This document shows, piece after piece, positions 40,332-53,620 of a stretch of DNA of 64,000 nucleotides. Below the pieces are notes generated by a model. The model was given only the letters and a program-made list of their open reading frames with translations. It was not told where the DNA came from and did no database searches. The DNA is taken from contig NC_043020.1 of assembly GCF_006345805.1 (NCBI RefSeq), positions 27,280,001-27,344,000 on the forward strand. The letters are read 5' to 3'. Source of the DNA: Octopus sinensis. Lineage: Eukaryota. The position numbers were made by a program, and so were the translations under genes. The first letter of the stretch is position 1; each line of letters starts with the position of its first letter.

Positions 40332-41248
40332 TAATAATAATAATTTCCCTCTCTCGAATTACCAGCCACTGCTGCAAAACTCTTTCCTACCTTCATCTTG
40401 TCGATGTTATCAACAATTCCACCCCAGAGGACTCTATGTCGGAATACGACTGCATAATAACACCCTCTCCTCATCAAACCAAGGGGAAAACGGTAACAAA
40501 TCCACCGAAAGACAGACAAAACAAAATGATCACACAACAACAATATTTTCAACAATATTTAACAATAACAACACTTTTCAATATGACTTTCAAAAATGAC
40601 ACTAACCGTTGAGAAACCCTTTTAGCTTCTGTCTTCCAGCACGAACCAGCTCACCATGTGGCAATAGTAATCGTTATCCTTTGCTCAAACCGTAAAAGCG
40701 CTTTCCTCTCAACCCCCAAAAGCGCGCCAAAATCACACTGCCTACGCTTTAAACAGTCACGTGACCACAAAGAATTATCATTTTTTTCGTCTTCGCTTGT
40801 AAAACCAGAGAACGGTGTTCTTATTCGCGCGTCGTACGAATGAGACATTATCTGAATATAATTTTTTCGTTCGTAACACTACATACATACATACATACAT
40901 ACATACATACATACATACATACGTAGATACATACATACAACATACATACATACAACATACATACATACATAGATACATACATACATACATACATACATAC
41001 ATTCATACATACACACACACACACACACCACACACACACACATATATATATACACGCACTGATTTATTTAAATTGCTGATAAAAATATAAATGTGAATTA
41101 TAATAACGAAAAATGAATAATATACATTATGTATATATATATATATATATATATATGTCTGTATATATCTATCTATCTATATATATCTATCTATATATCT
41201 ATATATATATCTATATATATATCTATATATATATGTCTGTATTATATA

Positions 41249-41293
<45 letters not shown>

Positions 41294-41403
41294 ATATATA
41301 TACATATATATGTCTGTATATATATATATATGTATATATATATAAATCTTTATATATATATATATATATATAAATCTTATATATATATATATATATAAAT
41401 CTT

Positions 41404-41436
<33 letters not shown>

Positions 41437-42374
41437 GTACACAACAATATATATGTACATGCATATGTATATCTATATGCATCTATTTAACATCTATTTA
41501 GGAGGTGTTAAAATATTGAAATTTTCAACTCTGGTGTTTGATGCAGAAGATTTGTGCTTCAGCGCTTTTGACATCAGTTTTTTTTCAACGAAATCCTTTT
41601 TTTATTCACTTACTTCTCTAATTGAATGTGTGCCAAAGGTTTTTAAAAAATCCATCTTCTATTCGAGTAATCAGAATCATCAGAAAATTATATGTTTTAT
41701 GTCAAAGTATTTTGATATTTCTGAATTATTAACGATTAAGCGGTATATATATATTGGAGGAAGTGGAGACAGAGAAGAAGTATAAATGATGGAAGAATGT
41801 TTTTTATATACAATAAAAATGGAAGAAAAGTATATTAATTTAAACAAGAATTCAGTAATGGTTTTTAACAAAAATATTTAAAAAAATGCTTTAAAGAAGA
41901 GCAAATTATTAAAAGGTTATGACGGTGTAATGAAGTTCGCATTTTAAAACACGTTGTTCCGGGTTCAATATCACCGCTTGGCAGCTTGGGTAAGTATTTT
42001 CTGCTATAGATCTGAGCCTACCAAATGCCTTGTGAGTGAATTTGGTAGACAGAAACTGTGTGAAGGCGGCGAGCTGGCAGAAACGTTGGCACGCCGGGCG
42101 AAATGCTTAGCGCTATTTCGTCTGCCGCTACGTTCTGAGTTCAAATTCCGCCGCGGTCGACTTTACCTTTCTTCCATTCGGAGTCGATAAATTAAGTACT
42201 AGTTGTGTACTAGGGTCGATATAATCAACTGGCCGCGTCTCCCAAAATTTCGGGCCTTGTGCATAGAGTGGAAATGAATATAGACTAAGGTGGTGAGCTG
42301 GCAGAATCGTTAGCACGTCGGGCAAAATATATATATAACTATATATATAGTTATATATATATATAGGTATGTAT

Positions 42375-42467
<93 letters not shown>

Positions 42468-42511
42468 TATATATATGTATGTATATATATATATAAATTT
42501 GTGTATATATA

Positions 42512-44158
42512 TGATTGATTGATTGATTGATTGATTCTAGTTTCAGCTTATGAGCTGTGGCCATGCTGGGGCACCGCCATTTGGTGTTGCTACTTGGTTT
42601 CACTTCACGAAAGCTTTCTAGCAACTGCCATTTGGTGCATGAGAGAGTTCGATGCAGCTGCACTCATCTGCCCTCCTGCCGTGAAGTTGGTTCATCTGGA
42701 CACCTGACAGGAAGAGATCCAGCTTCATTTTAAAGACATCTGCATCCACCCCATGCAGGTCTCTCAGGTTCTTCGGGAGGATATTGAAGAGCTGTGGGCC
42801 TCGGAAGCCAGGATATCACAGAATCTTGTCCTACATCTTGATGGCAAGTTTGGAGTCCTAGGCACCACGCATGGCGCCCAGTTCTGGCATTTGCGTAACT
42901 CTCGATGCCAAAGTTCAGGACACTTCCCTCCAGGATCTTCCAGATGTATATTATGGCATATCTTTCCCGCCTACGCTCCAGGGAATATAGTTTTAATCTC
43001 TTGAGTCTTTCCCAGTAGCTTACATTCTGCATAGAGGCTATCTTCTTCGTGTAGCTACGTTGGATCGCCTCGAGCTCTGTGATCAACTTGACACTGGATG
43101 GTGACCATAACTGAGAGCAGTAGTCAAAGTGGCTTAGGACAAGTGTCCTCCAGAGGACCATCATGGTTTCTTGTTCTCTTGTTCTAAAGGTTCTGAGGAT
43201 CCATCCGGCCAGTCGTCTACATTTCATTGCCAATTTAGCAACATGTACACGAAAGGTCGCGTCATCACTCATGTAAATACCTAGGTCACGCACTGATTGT
43301 GCCTCTGGGATTGCTATTCCTCCGGGTCCAGTGTATTCATTGGGTATTGCATTTAGTTTTGCATGCTGATAGTATAGAGCTTGAAACTTTTCAGCATTGA
43401 ACTGCATGCTATTCTTTTCAGCCCACTTGTATATTTTGTCTAGCTCACATTGCAGGCGTTTAGTGTCCTCAGGGTTCTGTATTGCCTGTGAAACTTTTGT
43501 ATCATCTGCATAACTTGTGATCGTGGCTCTCTGCGTGGCTGAGGGCATGTCTGAGAGGGCCATTGTGAACAGTAGTGGTCCCAGAACAGTGCCCGGCGGA
43601 ACACCGCTCACTATTTGCGTGTTAATGGAAGTGGCCCCATTGGCCACTACCACCTGACTTCTATCTTTCAGAAAGTCATGAAGCCATTCTCCCAGTTTTC
43701 CAACTATGTTGAGATCACGCAGTTTGTGACATATCATTCCATGATCGACTTTATCAAAGGCCTTTGCAAAGTCGAGATATATCACTTCCACATTTGAGTG
43801 GTTGAGCAGCCGTTTCAGCACCCAGTCATAGTGTTGTAGGAGCTGAGTTAAACAGCTTCTCCCTGGTCGGAAACCATGTTGGGTGTCGGGCAGCAAGTCA
43901 TTCTCTTCAAGGAAGGTGATCAGCTTCCTTCTGACTATTCGTTCCATGACCTGCTGATGTGTGAGGTCAGAGAGATAGGTCTATAGTTCTTGGCTTCCGC
44001 TCTGCTACCTCCTTTATGAATGGGGCATATTTTAACCTTCCTTCAGTTTCTTGGAAGTTTGCCAGCTGCAAGGAAGCTCTGAAAGAGGAACTGCAGTGGT
44101 CTTTGCTAGGACTCTCTTACATGCTTTAGGAGGATTGCCGGGAATCCATCGGGGCCAG
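42512..44158 (-). mobile_element. 5'-truncated CR1-clade LINE (RT domain to 3' end) with (AATC)n tail
   Basis: 405-aa ORF 43947-42730 with QHGFRPGRSCLTQLL, YLDFAKAFDKVDH, GVPPGTVLGPLLF, YADDTK and YSLERRRERY. NYRPISLTS lies upstream. The tail reads (GATT)n on the plus strand at 42512-42536. Confidence 0.9.
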
Positions 44159-44169
44159 TATATATGTAT

Positions 44170-44230
<61 letters not shown>

Positions 44231-44454
44231 TTTATAGATAAGACATACTATATGCATATATACATATATATAGCTTTATATATATATATATACATATATA
44301 CATAATATATATATACGTATATACATATACATATATACATATACATATATATATGTATATATACATATATATACATATATATACTCATATACATATAGAT
44401 ATATAACATTTAATATATATGTAGATATATATGTAATATATGCATATATATACC

Positions 44455-44485
<31 letters not shown>

Positions 44486-44722
44486 TATATGTGTACGTAT
44501 ACATTATTAATATACATATACATTATAACATATACTATATACATATATATACACATATACATATATATAATATACATATATATATACTTATATATATACT
44601 TGTATATATATACTTGTATATATATACATATATATACATATATACATATACATATATATATATATATATACATATATAGGCATATATATGTGTATATATT
44701 TGTATGTATATATATATACGTC

Positions 44723-44770
<48 letters not shown>

Positions 44771-44927
44771 GTGTGTATGAACTGATTAAGGAAGCCAAAG
44801 GAATGCTGTTCAAGATATATTAAGGTAAATATGAAGGAAGATTATGTTTTTAATCTTCAAACATTTAATAATTTCTTTTTCAAAGACGAAAATGCCGTCA
44901 GTCATAAAGAGAGACTTAATCTTTGTT

Positions 44928-44967
<40 letters not shown>

Positions 44968-45193
44968 ACACACACACACACACATTTACATTCACCGTAA
45001 AATAATAAGGGAATTCTAACTTTCAATGAAACTATTCGATATTTGGTGCAAATGTAAAGACATACAAATCCTTGAACTTTCATTAGTTTGTTTACATTAT
45101 CGTAATAATATATATAAATGTGTATGTGTATATATATATAATATATAATATATATATTATATATATATAATATATATATATATATAAATGTGC

Positions 45194-45223
<30 letters not shown>

Positions 45224-45226
<3 letters not shown>

Positions 45227-46005
45227 ATTAATCAATATAGTGTGGCAAAAAATTTCGTAGAATTTTTTTGCCACCAGCGGCCTAGTGGGAAAAAATTAAA
45301 TAGTCATAGACCATTTATAAATTCAACATCAAAATCAAGGAACGGCCATAATAGGCCATTCACCCACTAGAAATAACAGCCAAAGCTTCAACCGCAAAAC
45401 AACATTAATTCCGCAAACCAGGAGAAAATTAAAAAAACATTTACCCTGTCGTTTCTTATACGATGCACCGTTTCATCTATTGTTTAATGGTAAACCAACC
45501 TGATTAAATTAAATCAAGCTAGTCTTCCATAGGCCGATAGATTCGTCAGTAAGAACAGCCAGATCGGAGCAGATATTTTCACGAGGCGCGAGTGCGATGA
45601 TTTGAAAATTTTAGGTCAGATATTGTCGAGACAGAGATAGAGTGCCTCGTGAAAATATCTGCTCCGATCTGGCTGTTCTTACTGACGAATCTATCGGCCT
45701 ATGGAAGACTAGCTTGATTTAATTTAATCACGTTGGTTTACCATTAAACATAGATGAAACGGTGCATCGTATAAGAAACGACAGGGTAAATGTTTTTTTA
45801 ATTTTCTCCTGGTTTGCGGAATTAATGTTGTTTTGCGGTTGAAGCTTTGGCTGTTATTTCTAGTGGGTGAATGCCTATTATGGCCGTTCCTTGATTTTGA
45901 TGTTGAATTTATAAATGGTCTATGACTATTTAATTTTTTCCCACTAGGCCGCTGGTGGCAAAAAAATTCTACGAAATTTTTTGCCACCCTATATTGATTA
46001 ATTAT
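45224..46005. repeat. Long inverted repeat: arms 45224-45587 and 45644-46005 with a 56-bp spacer. Spacer plus part of the right arm is repeated at 46065-46383.
   Basis: Direct reading of reverse-complement identity along the arms. Confidence 0.92.
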
Positions 46006-46382
46006 GAATTTTCTGGTTAATTCCGTAATGGAATCGGCGGCTTATATTTGCTGCCGATAAATTTGGCGCGAGTGCGATGATCTGAAAATTTTAGGTCAGA
46101 TATTGCCGAGATAGAGATAGAAGTGCCTCGTGAAAATATCTGCTCCGATCTGGCTGTTCTTACTGACGAATCTATCGGCCTATGGAAGACTAGCTTGATT
46201 TAATTTAATCAGGTTGGTTTACCATTAAACAATAGATGAAACGGTGCATCGTATAAGAAACGACAGGGTAAATGTTTTTTTAATTTTCTCCTGGTTTGCG
46301 GAATTAATGTTGTTTTGCGGTTGAAGCTTTGGCTGTTATTTCTAGTGGGTGAATGGCCTATTATGGCCGTTCCTTGATTTTG

Positions 46383-46413
<31 letters not shown>

Positions 46414-46482
46414 TATATATATATATATGCATATATCTTTATATATATATATATATAATATATATATATATATATAATATAT

Positions 46483-46537
<55 letters not shown>

Positions 46538-47744
46538 TAGGCTTTGGTATCCCGAAGACCCAAAATGGCAGGTAAGGCTATGTAAGTGCTATGAAAGGAC
46601 CGTAGTTAAGACACTAACGGTTCGATAACAGTGTGAGTGGTGAGTCTAAGGCGGGCCATGTGTGAGCGTGTATATCTCTTATTATAAAAGGCAGATTTTA
46701 TCTGCCTCCCTTTGTAAGTTATAGAAATCTACAATATAGGATTTCTTCAATTACAATTTACCTAGCATTTTTAAGAGTAGAATGCATCGGGTCATGCCAG
46801 GTCCGGTTTTTAAAATTTCAACCCCAATTAAGCAAAATTTAGAGATAACTCACATTCTGGTGTATATGTCAAATGTTTTTCTTAATGTGGGATACACCAC
46901 ACGCAAACGCACACACACACAAAGGGAGCGACTGTTTCACTGACGCTATCACCCTTCTCCTCCTTTGTCTTTGCAAGTTTGCAGCTATTAAAGTGAAAAC
47001 AGTGAATCCGACAGCGATTAAGAAAATGAATTGGTACCTGAATGGAGTGAAAATTTAAAAACTGTTTCTTTCGGTGATTTTTCTGAAGAAACTGCACCAA
47101 GCCACAGACTTTCCCAGAAGAGTATAAAGCCTCAAACTATTTCTTTTACTTTTTCGAATGAGCCTATTTGAAATCATTACGCTAAACGTAAACAAAGCGA
47201 AAGAAAGGATAGTTTGTTATTTCCCACAACCTTAAATTAAATTAAGGCCTATTTTGCCATAAATATTATTATGGGTATCAGAAAGTTACCCAGAATAACA
47301 ATTCTATCTATCGTAAAATTTTGTTGTATACCCAATTGAATATTAGCTAATAACCCATTTTCTATAGCAATGTTTGAACAAAATTTTAATAATTTTATAT
47401 ATTGTTGAATTTACCTGTATCTACCTGCAATTAGAGTCACTTTGTGACAAAAATTATAGTGTAGAATTGGTTGAGAATATTTCATTAAATTATCTTCCAA
47501 AAATCAATTAATTATATTGATAAATAAAAAAGTTATAGTTGTTTAATGAAACCAGACTAAATTTATGATTACGTTAGAAATTAATTGAAACGCATAAGGG
47601 TGTAATTTGGTCAGAAATATAGTAACGAAAGGGTTAAGAAAAACCAAAAAATATTTTATTCTTTATAAATGTTGTATTCAAAATAACATTTTCTTTTAAG
47701 AATGTGTATATAACAAGTATGTGTATATAACTACGTGACTTATA

Positions 47745-48140
47745 TCTTTATATATAAGAGTGAAGTTGTGTGTCTGTCTCCTACGATTTAGATTCGTAAC
47801 GACTCCCACATTTTGCGGTGCAGTGTAACCAAAACCGGGTATCTTATAGTCGTGATTCATATCGAGCCCTTCTGGGTATTAGCGCGCGTCTACGATGAGT
47901 CTACGATTTAAAAAATTACCATATCATATTTTTCCATTTTAATGCATTTTTTTTGCTATTATGTAAGGGAAGTAACTCTCTAAAAATATCTACGATGTGT
48001 CAACGATTTAAAAAGAAATTTACCTTAATTTTTTTTCCATTTTTAATGCATTTATTTGCTATTTTTTGGCTATAACTCTCTAAAATGCTTATATAGTTAT
48101 TTCCCTTACAAAACCGAGCAACGCCGGGTGATACTGCTAG
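47745..48140 (+). mobile_element. Non-autonomous Helitron (about 396 bp)
   Basis: A|TC 5' end followed by TATATAAGAGTGAAG. 3' hairpin CCGAGCAACGCCGG about 10 nt before CTAG|T. Inserted between A and T with no TSD. Confidence 0.8.
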
Positions 48141-48509
48141 TGTTAAATAAAATGAGATTACAAAGCCAAGGCAGTGTGAAATTTCTAGGACGTTAATAAA
48201 GAGAAATGTAGCCTTACAGCTGTTTCAGGGATATGAGGGATGTTCCTTCATCACAGACGATATGAGAGAGTTAAATAAAGGGAGATAAGAGAACTACAAC
48301 TGTAAAATCCAACATATATTCTTATTTTCATTCTATTATTTCCCTTTATACTTCCCATGTCTCTTCCTTTCCAAAATAACTTCTCTTTTAAACTCTACTA
48401 TTTCCTTCTATTTAACTCTCTCATATCGTCTCTGTAAGACTACCCTTCTCCTTATAAATGTTCTAGAATTTCACACTGCCTTGGCTTTGTTGTCTCATTT
48501 TATTTAACA
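48141..48509. mobile_element. Foldback/MITE-like element with about 60-bp imperfect terminal inverted repeats and an internal degenerate hammerhead motif
   Basis: TGTTAAATAAAATGAGA..ACAAAGCCAAGGCAGTGTGAAATT versus its reverse complement at 48465-48509. A second internal IR is GACGATATGAGAGAGTTAAATA. Confidence 0.65.
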
Positions 48510-48571
48510 CACACACACATACATGTATTCTTTTATTCATTTGGTTGTTTCAGTCATTTGACATATATATA

Positions 48572-48626
<55 letters not shown>

Positions 48627-48772
48627 CGTATTAGTTAAAATTTATAGAAAAAACAAAAGACGAAGACAGGTGTATGAACAACAAGGAGGTGTATTAGTTT
48701 GACGCTCGGGAAGGTGAGAAAGTCTTTACATTTCGAGCCTACGCTCTTCAACAGAAAGGAATAAGAGAAAAT

Positions 48773-48826
<54 letters not shown>

Positions 48827-49056
48827 TAAAACTTGTCGATTTCAGCGGTCCAGCATGGCGAATACACACACACACATGTACACACACATGTACACACACA
48901 TACACGCGCGCATACACACACATATGTATATATATATATACACATATATATAACTGTATAATAATTTATCATAATAATAGATATCCTCCTATTTGAAGCG
49001 ACAATTTTGAAATACAAATATTATATGTAGTATTAAACAGTTTAAGTATATATAAT

Positions 49057-49090
<34 letters not shown>

Positions 49091-49094
49091 CACT

Positions 49095-49131
<37 letters not shown>

Positions 49132-49181
49132 ATATATATATGAATATATATATATGTATATAGATATATATAGATATACAT

Positions 49182-49218
<37 letters not shown>

Positions 49219-49946
49219 ATATCAGGTTAAAGAATTAAGGTTAAGAAAATATGCGTTAAACACAGTATCGAAACCTTTTTATACACCCCTCCTCCCCACA
49301 TTCTTGCCTATATGATATAAGCTTTGAATGTCACGCAATTTAAATTCTTTGACACATTCGTTTCTCTGACAATTCGCCAAATCAAGTTGAAATTTTTAAT
49401 GAATAATAAATACGCCTCATCGGAAGCATTAGTCGTACAAATATTTATTTATGTATACCCGTGCGCACGCACACACTCCTCATCAACATGGGATTTATAT
49501 CGCTGCTTTGGTTTGTCAGTGGAATTGTTGTCAGTGTAACATATATTCGTTCGATGTTTTTGTTTTTTTCTCTATAGTTTCTGTTCGCGTGTGTTTTATT
49601 CTCAATGTTTAATGTTTCCACAGAACAGTTGCTTTCGGAAGCATTAACCTGTCAGAATTCGCTTGTGTATTCATTCTGATAAAAGAGTAGGAGGTGGATT
49701 TGTAGGACGAAGGGAGGAAGAGGAGCTGTGGGATCCAGGGAGAAGCGGTTGCACGGTCAAGGGGAACCGGTTTCCAGTTGCCAGGAGAAAAGTTTCTATT
49801 AGTGCTTAGGCTTGCGTTCATATTTAGCTGAATAGGGATCAGTATAAAACGAGAAGTGTCTTGTTCAGCGACGCAACGTGCAGCCTATAATGGAATAGAA
49901 CTCATGATCTTATAATCGTGAGCCCAACGTCTTAACTACTAAGCCA

Positions 49947-50441
49947 TACTTATTTCATCGACCCCGAAAGGATGAAAGGCAAAGTCGACCTCGGCGGAAT
50001 TTGAACTCAGAACGTAGCGGCAGACGAAATATCTATTTCTTTACTACCCACAAGAGGCTAAACACAGAGAGGACAAACAAGGACAGACAAATGGATTAAG
50101 TCGATTAGATCGACCCCAGTGCGTAACTGGTACTTATTTAATCGACCCCGAAAGGATGAAAGGCAAAGTCGACCTCGGCGGAATTCGAACTCAGAACGTA
50201 GCGGCAGAGAAATACCTATTTCTTTACTACCCACTAGGGGCTAAACACAGAGAGGACAAACAAGGACAGACAAATGGATTAAGTCGAATATATCGATCCC
50301 AGTGCGTAACTGGTACTTAATTTATCGACCCCGAAAAGATGAAAGGCAAAGTCGATCTCGGCGGAATTTGAACTCAGAACGTAACGGCAGACGAAATACC
50401 ACTAAGCATTTCGCCCGCTGTGCTAACGATTCTGCTAGCTC
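49947..50441 (-). mobile_element. Trimer of the same tRNA-SINE (two junctions)
   Basis: Direct comparison. Same junction at about 50030 and 50213. Confidence 0.85.
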
Positions 50442-50556
50442 AGTGATTTAGTCTATATTAAATAATGTTTACAATGCGAATCCGTCTAATGCATGACTTA
50501 AAACGAAACACACACACACACACACACACACAGACACACACACACACACACACACA

Positions 50557-50592
<36 letters not shown>

Positions 50593-50786
50593 GCGTGTGC
50601 ATAAAAATACAAAACCGAGAAGAACCAATAGAGTGATTCCTTCGTACGATTCCTTCCATGGCAGATGGAAAAATCGAACTTGAAAAGAGTTTTAGTCACG
50701 AAAACTTAAACAAAAGGTTGGATTTGTTTTCTCTTTTCGTTCGCGTGTAAAATTATAATAAAAGAACGGAATAATTCCAGTAATTT

Positions 50787-51386
50787 CACCACCACCACCA
50801 CCACCACCACCACCACCACCACCACCACTACCACTACCACCACCTCCACCACCACCACCACTACCACCATCACCATCACCATCACCACCATCACCACCAC
50901 CACCACCACCACCACCACCATCACACCACCACCACCACCACCACCACCACCACCACCACCACCACCACCACCACCACCACCACCACCACCACCACCACCA
51001 TCACCACCACCACCACCATCACCACCACCACCATCACCACCACCACCACCACCACCACCACCATCACCACCATCACCACCACCACCATCACCACCACCGC
51101 CATCACCACAACCACCACAACCACCACCACCACACACCACCACCACCACCTAAACCTCCACCACCACCACCACCACCATCATCACCACCACCACCACCAC
51201 CGTCACCACCACTGTCACCACCACCACCACCACCACCACCCACCACCACCACCACCACCACCACCACCACCACCTCCACCACCACCAACACCACCACCAC
51301 CACCACCACCACCACCACCTCCACAACCACCACCACCACCACCACAACCACCACCACCTAAACCTCCACCACCACCACCACCACCA
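50787..51386. repeat. (CCA)n microsatellite, about 600 bp
   Basis: Direct reading. Confidence 0.95.
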
Positions 51387-53620
51387 TCATGTTCTTCTTC
51401 AGTAGAGCTAGCTATCAAAAGGTCGTCAATGTAAGCGAAGACAAAATTTAACCCACGAGTTACTTCCTCCATGAAGCGTTTGGAAAGTGCTGGCAGAGTT
51501 CCGTAAACCAAATGGCATACGCACAAATTCAAAAAGGCCAAAAGCAGTGGTTACGGCGGTTTTAAGAATGTCGGACGGTTCAACTGGAATTTGATTGTAA
51601 CCTAGTGTTAAATCAATTTTAGAAAAGATAATGCAATCGTGCAAAGATGCTGAAAAATCCGATACCGGATAATGATCCAGAACTGTAATGGCCTGTAAAC
51701 GACGAAAATAATCACAAGGTCAAAAGCCTGAAGAAATTTTCTTGGAGACAAGATGCAATGGCGGACACCAATTATTACTGGAAGGAAGAATTATTCCTAA
51801 GTGAAGCATGTGACGAAATTCGTCCTTAGCAACTCTGAGTTTGTCTGGAGCAAGAGACGCCGAGGAGCGGAAACCACCAGAGGACCTTTAGTAAGAATAC
51901 GATGCGTTACAGAGTGCGTTGGTGATTAATTTTGAAAAACAGTTCGGGTCACCTCCCGAAATTCTGATAGCAGCTTATGAAAAACATTTGAAGGAGATAG
52001 AATAACAATTAGAGGACTAACAGAAGCAATTCTTGAAGACGAAGCCTGGGTAGAAAAAAAAAGAGTTTAGGCATCAATTAGTTTCTTATTTCTTAAATCA
52101 ACAATTAAATGAAAAAGAAGCAAAAAGTCTGCACCAAGAATTGGTATGGAAGATCTGCAGTGATAAATACTCATTTAAATGGTCTTCGAAGGTTGATGTG
52201 TAAAGTGAATAACATTTCTCCGTTGGTGTGAATCGACGAATGATTAACAGCCTGGTTGTCGTAAATCGCTAATAAAACTTGCAGGTCAGACACAACACGC
52301 AACACTAGTATCTATTAATAACCGCTTTCTTGAAAAGGACGCGGCTTTCAAATGGCTGATCCAGGAAAAGCAAAGCAACGGTCGTTAATTCTTGGGAATC
52401 ACGTTTTCCTGTTGCTGAACTGCTAGTATACATAGTGGTATATCGTAGGATCGCGGTTTCGATTTCCAGACCGGGCGTTGTGAGTGTTTATTGAGCGAAA
52501 ACACCTAAAGCTCCACGAGGCTCCGGCAGGGGATGGTGGTGATCCCTGCTGTACTCTTTCACCACAACTTTCTCTCACTCTTACTTCCTGTTTCTGTTGT
52601 GCCTGTATTTCAAAGGGCCGGCCTTGTCACTCTCTGTGTCACGCTGAATATCCCCGAGAACTACGTTAAGGGTACACGTGTCTGTGGAGAGCTCAACCAC
52701 TTGCACGTTAATTTCACGAGCAGGCTGTTCCGTTGATCGGATCAACCGGAACCCTCGTCGTCGTAACCGACGGAGTGCTTCCTTTCCTTTATACATAGTG
52801 GTATAAATTTATGAGTACGAGTTCCAAATTTACGACGGTACCAACCATATTGTTGTGAATCTCTACTAGAAGAACGACGATTACGAGAAGACGAACAAAT
52901 TCGTTGCCTTGAGTGATGAGACAAAGCAGGAGATAGCAAACGAGAGACTTGCTTCAGTTAAATTTTGAATCTTGTTATCGAATTCCTTCCGGAAAACAGA
53001 TAGCTTTGTAGATAACGATGTAACGACAAGGTAATTTTCAGAGAGCTTGTGGAACAGAAGAAGCGCTGGATGGAAGTATGCCTCTTAATAGTGATCAGAA
53101 TTTCTTGTACACTCTTTGGGCGCCTCGAGAAAAATAATTGCTTCACCATATCTTCATGATTGGGTTGTTTCTAGCTAAATCCCTTATCTTTCTAAGCCAT
53201 TGAGAAGGGCGTTTATCACTTAAAACTTCATTATACAGTAATTAATGGTATCGTTTCTCTTTAGAAGATGTAGACGGTATAATTTCTGCTTTCATAGTGG
53301 AATATAATGGGTTATCTGCGTTATTGATAATGAGATCCTTAACTTTACTACTTATAACCGGAAGCAAAACACTGACCAATAAATATGATCGTCTGACATC
53401 CGAAGTTATATTATTATTCGTGGCGAAATTTTCCTTCTGGCTGCGAGCACCATATTTCAAAATCACCATTAAATTGTGGAGAAACGAAAGATATGGAAGC
53501 CTGAATTGGTAAAGTTGTAGGACTTTCAGTAGCAATTGATGAAACTGGAGAACTTTCCTTGATATTTAGGTTATCAAGAAAATTTACGAGTGACTGATTT
53601 AACAATTATTTTTTGCATAC
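51387..53620 (-). mobile_element. Degenerate Ty3/Gypsy (CsRn1-like) LTR retrotransposon internal region, gag to RT, interrupted by a SINE
   Basis: RT: FSKIDLTLGYNQIP...FGLFEFVRMPFGLRN, FAYIDDLLIAS, LAPDKLRVAKDEF...LGII. gag: NITSD...VKDLII...YSTMKAEII, LSDKRPSQWLRK. No LTR pair identified. Confidence 0.8.

Larger units (their letters stand above)
38352..41050. repeat. About 1.38-kb near-identical tandem duplication (two units)
   Basis: TGCATGTCTTTGCGTC recurs at about 38494 and 39871. The units differ mainly in microsatellite length, single-base indels and one indel of about 25 bp. Confidence 0.9.
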
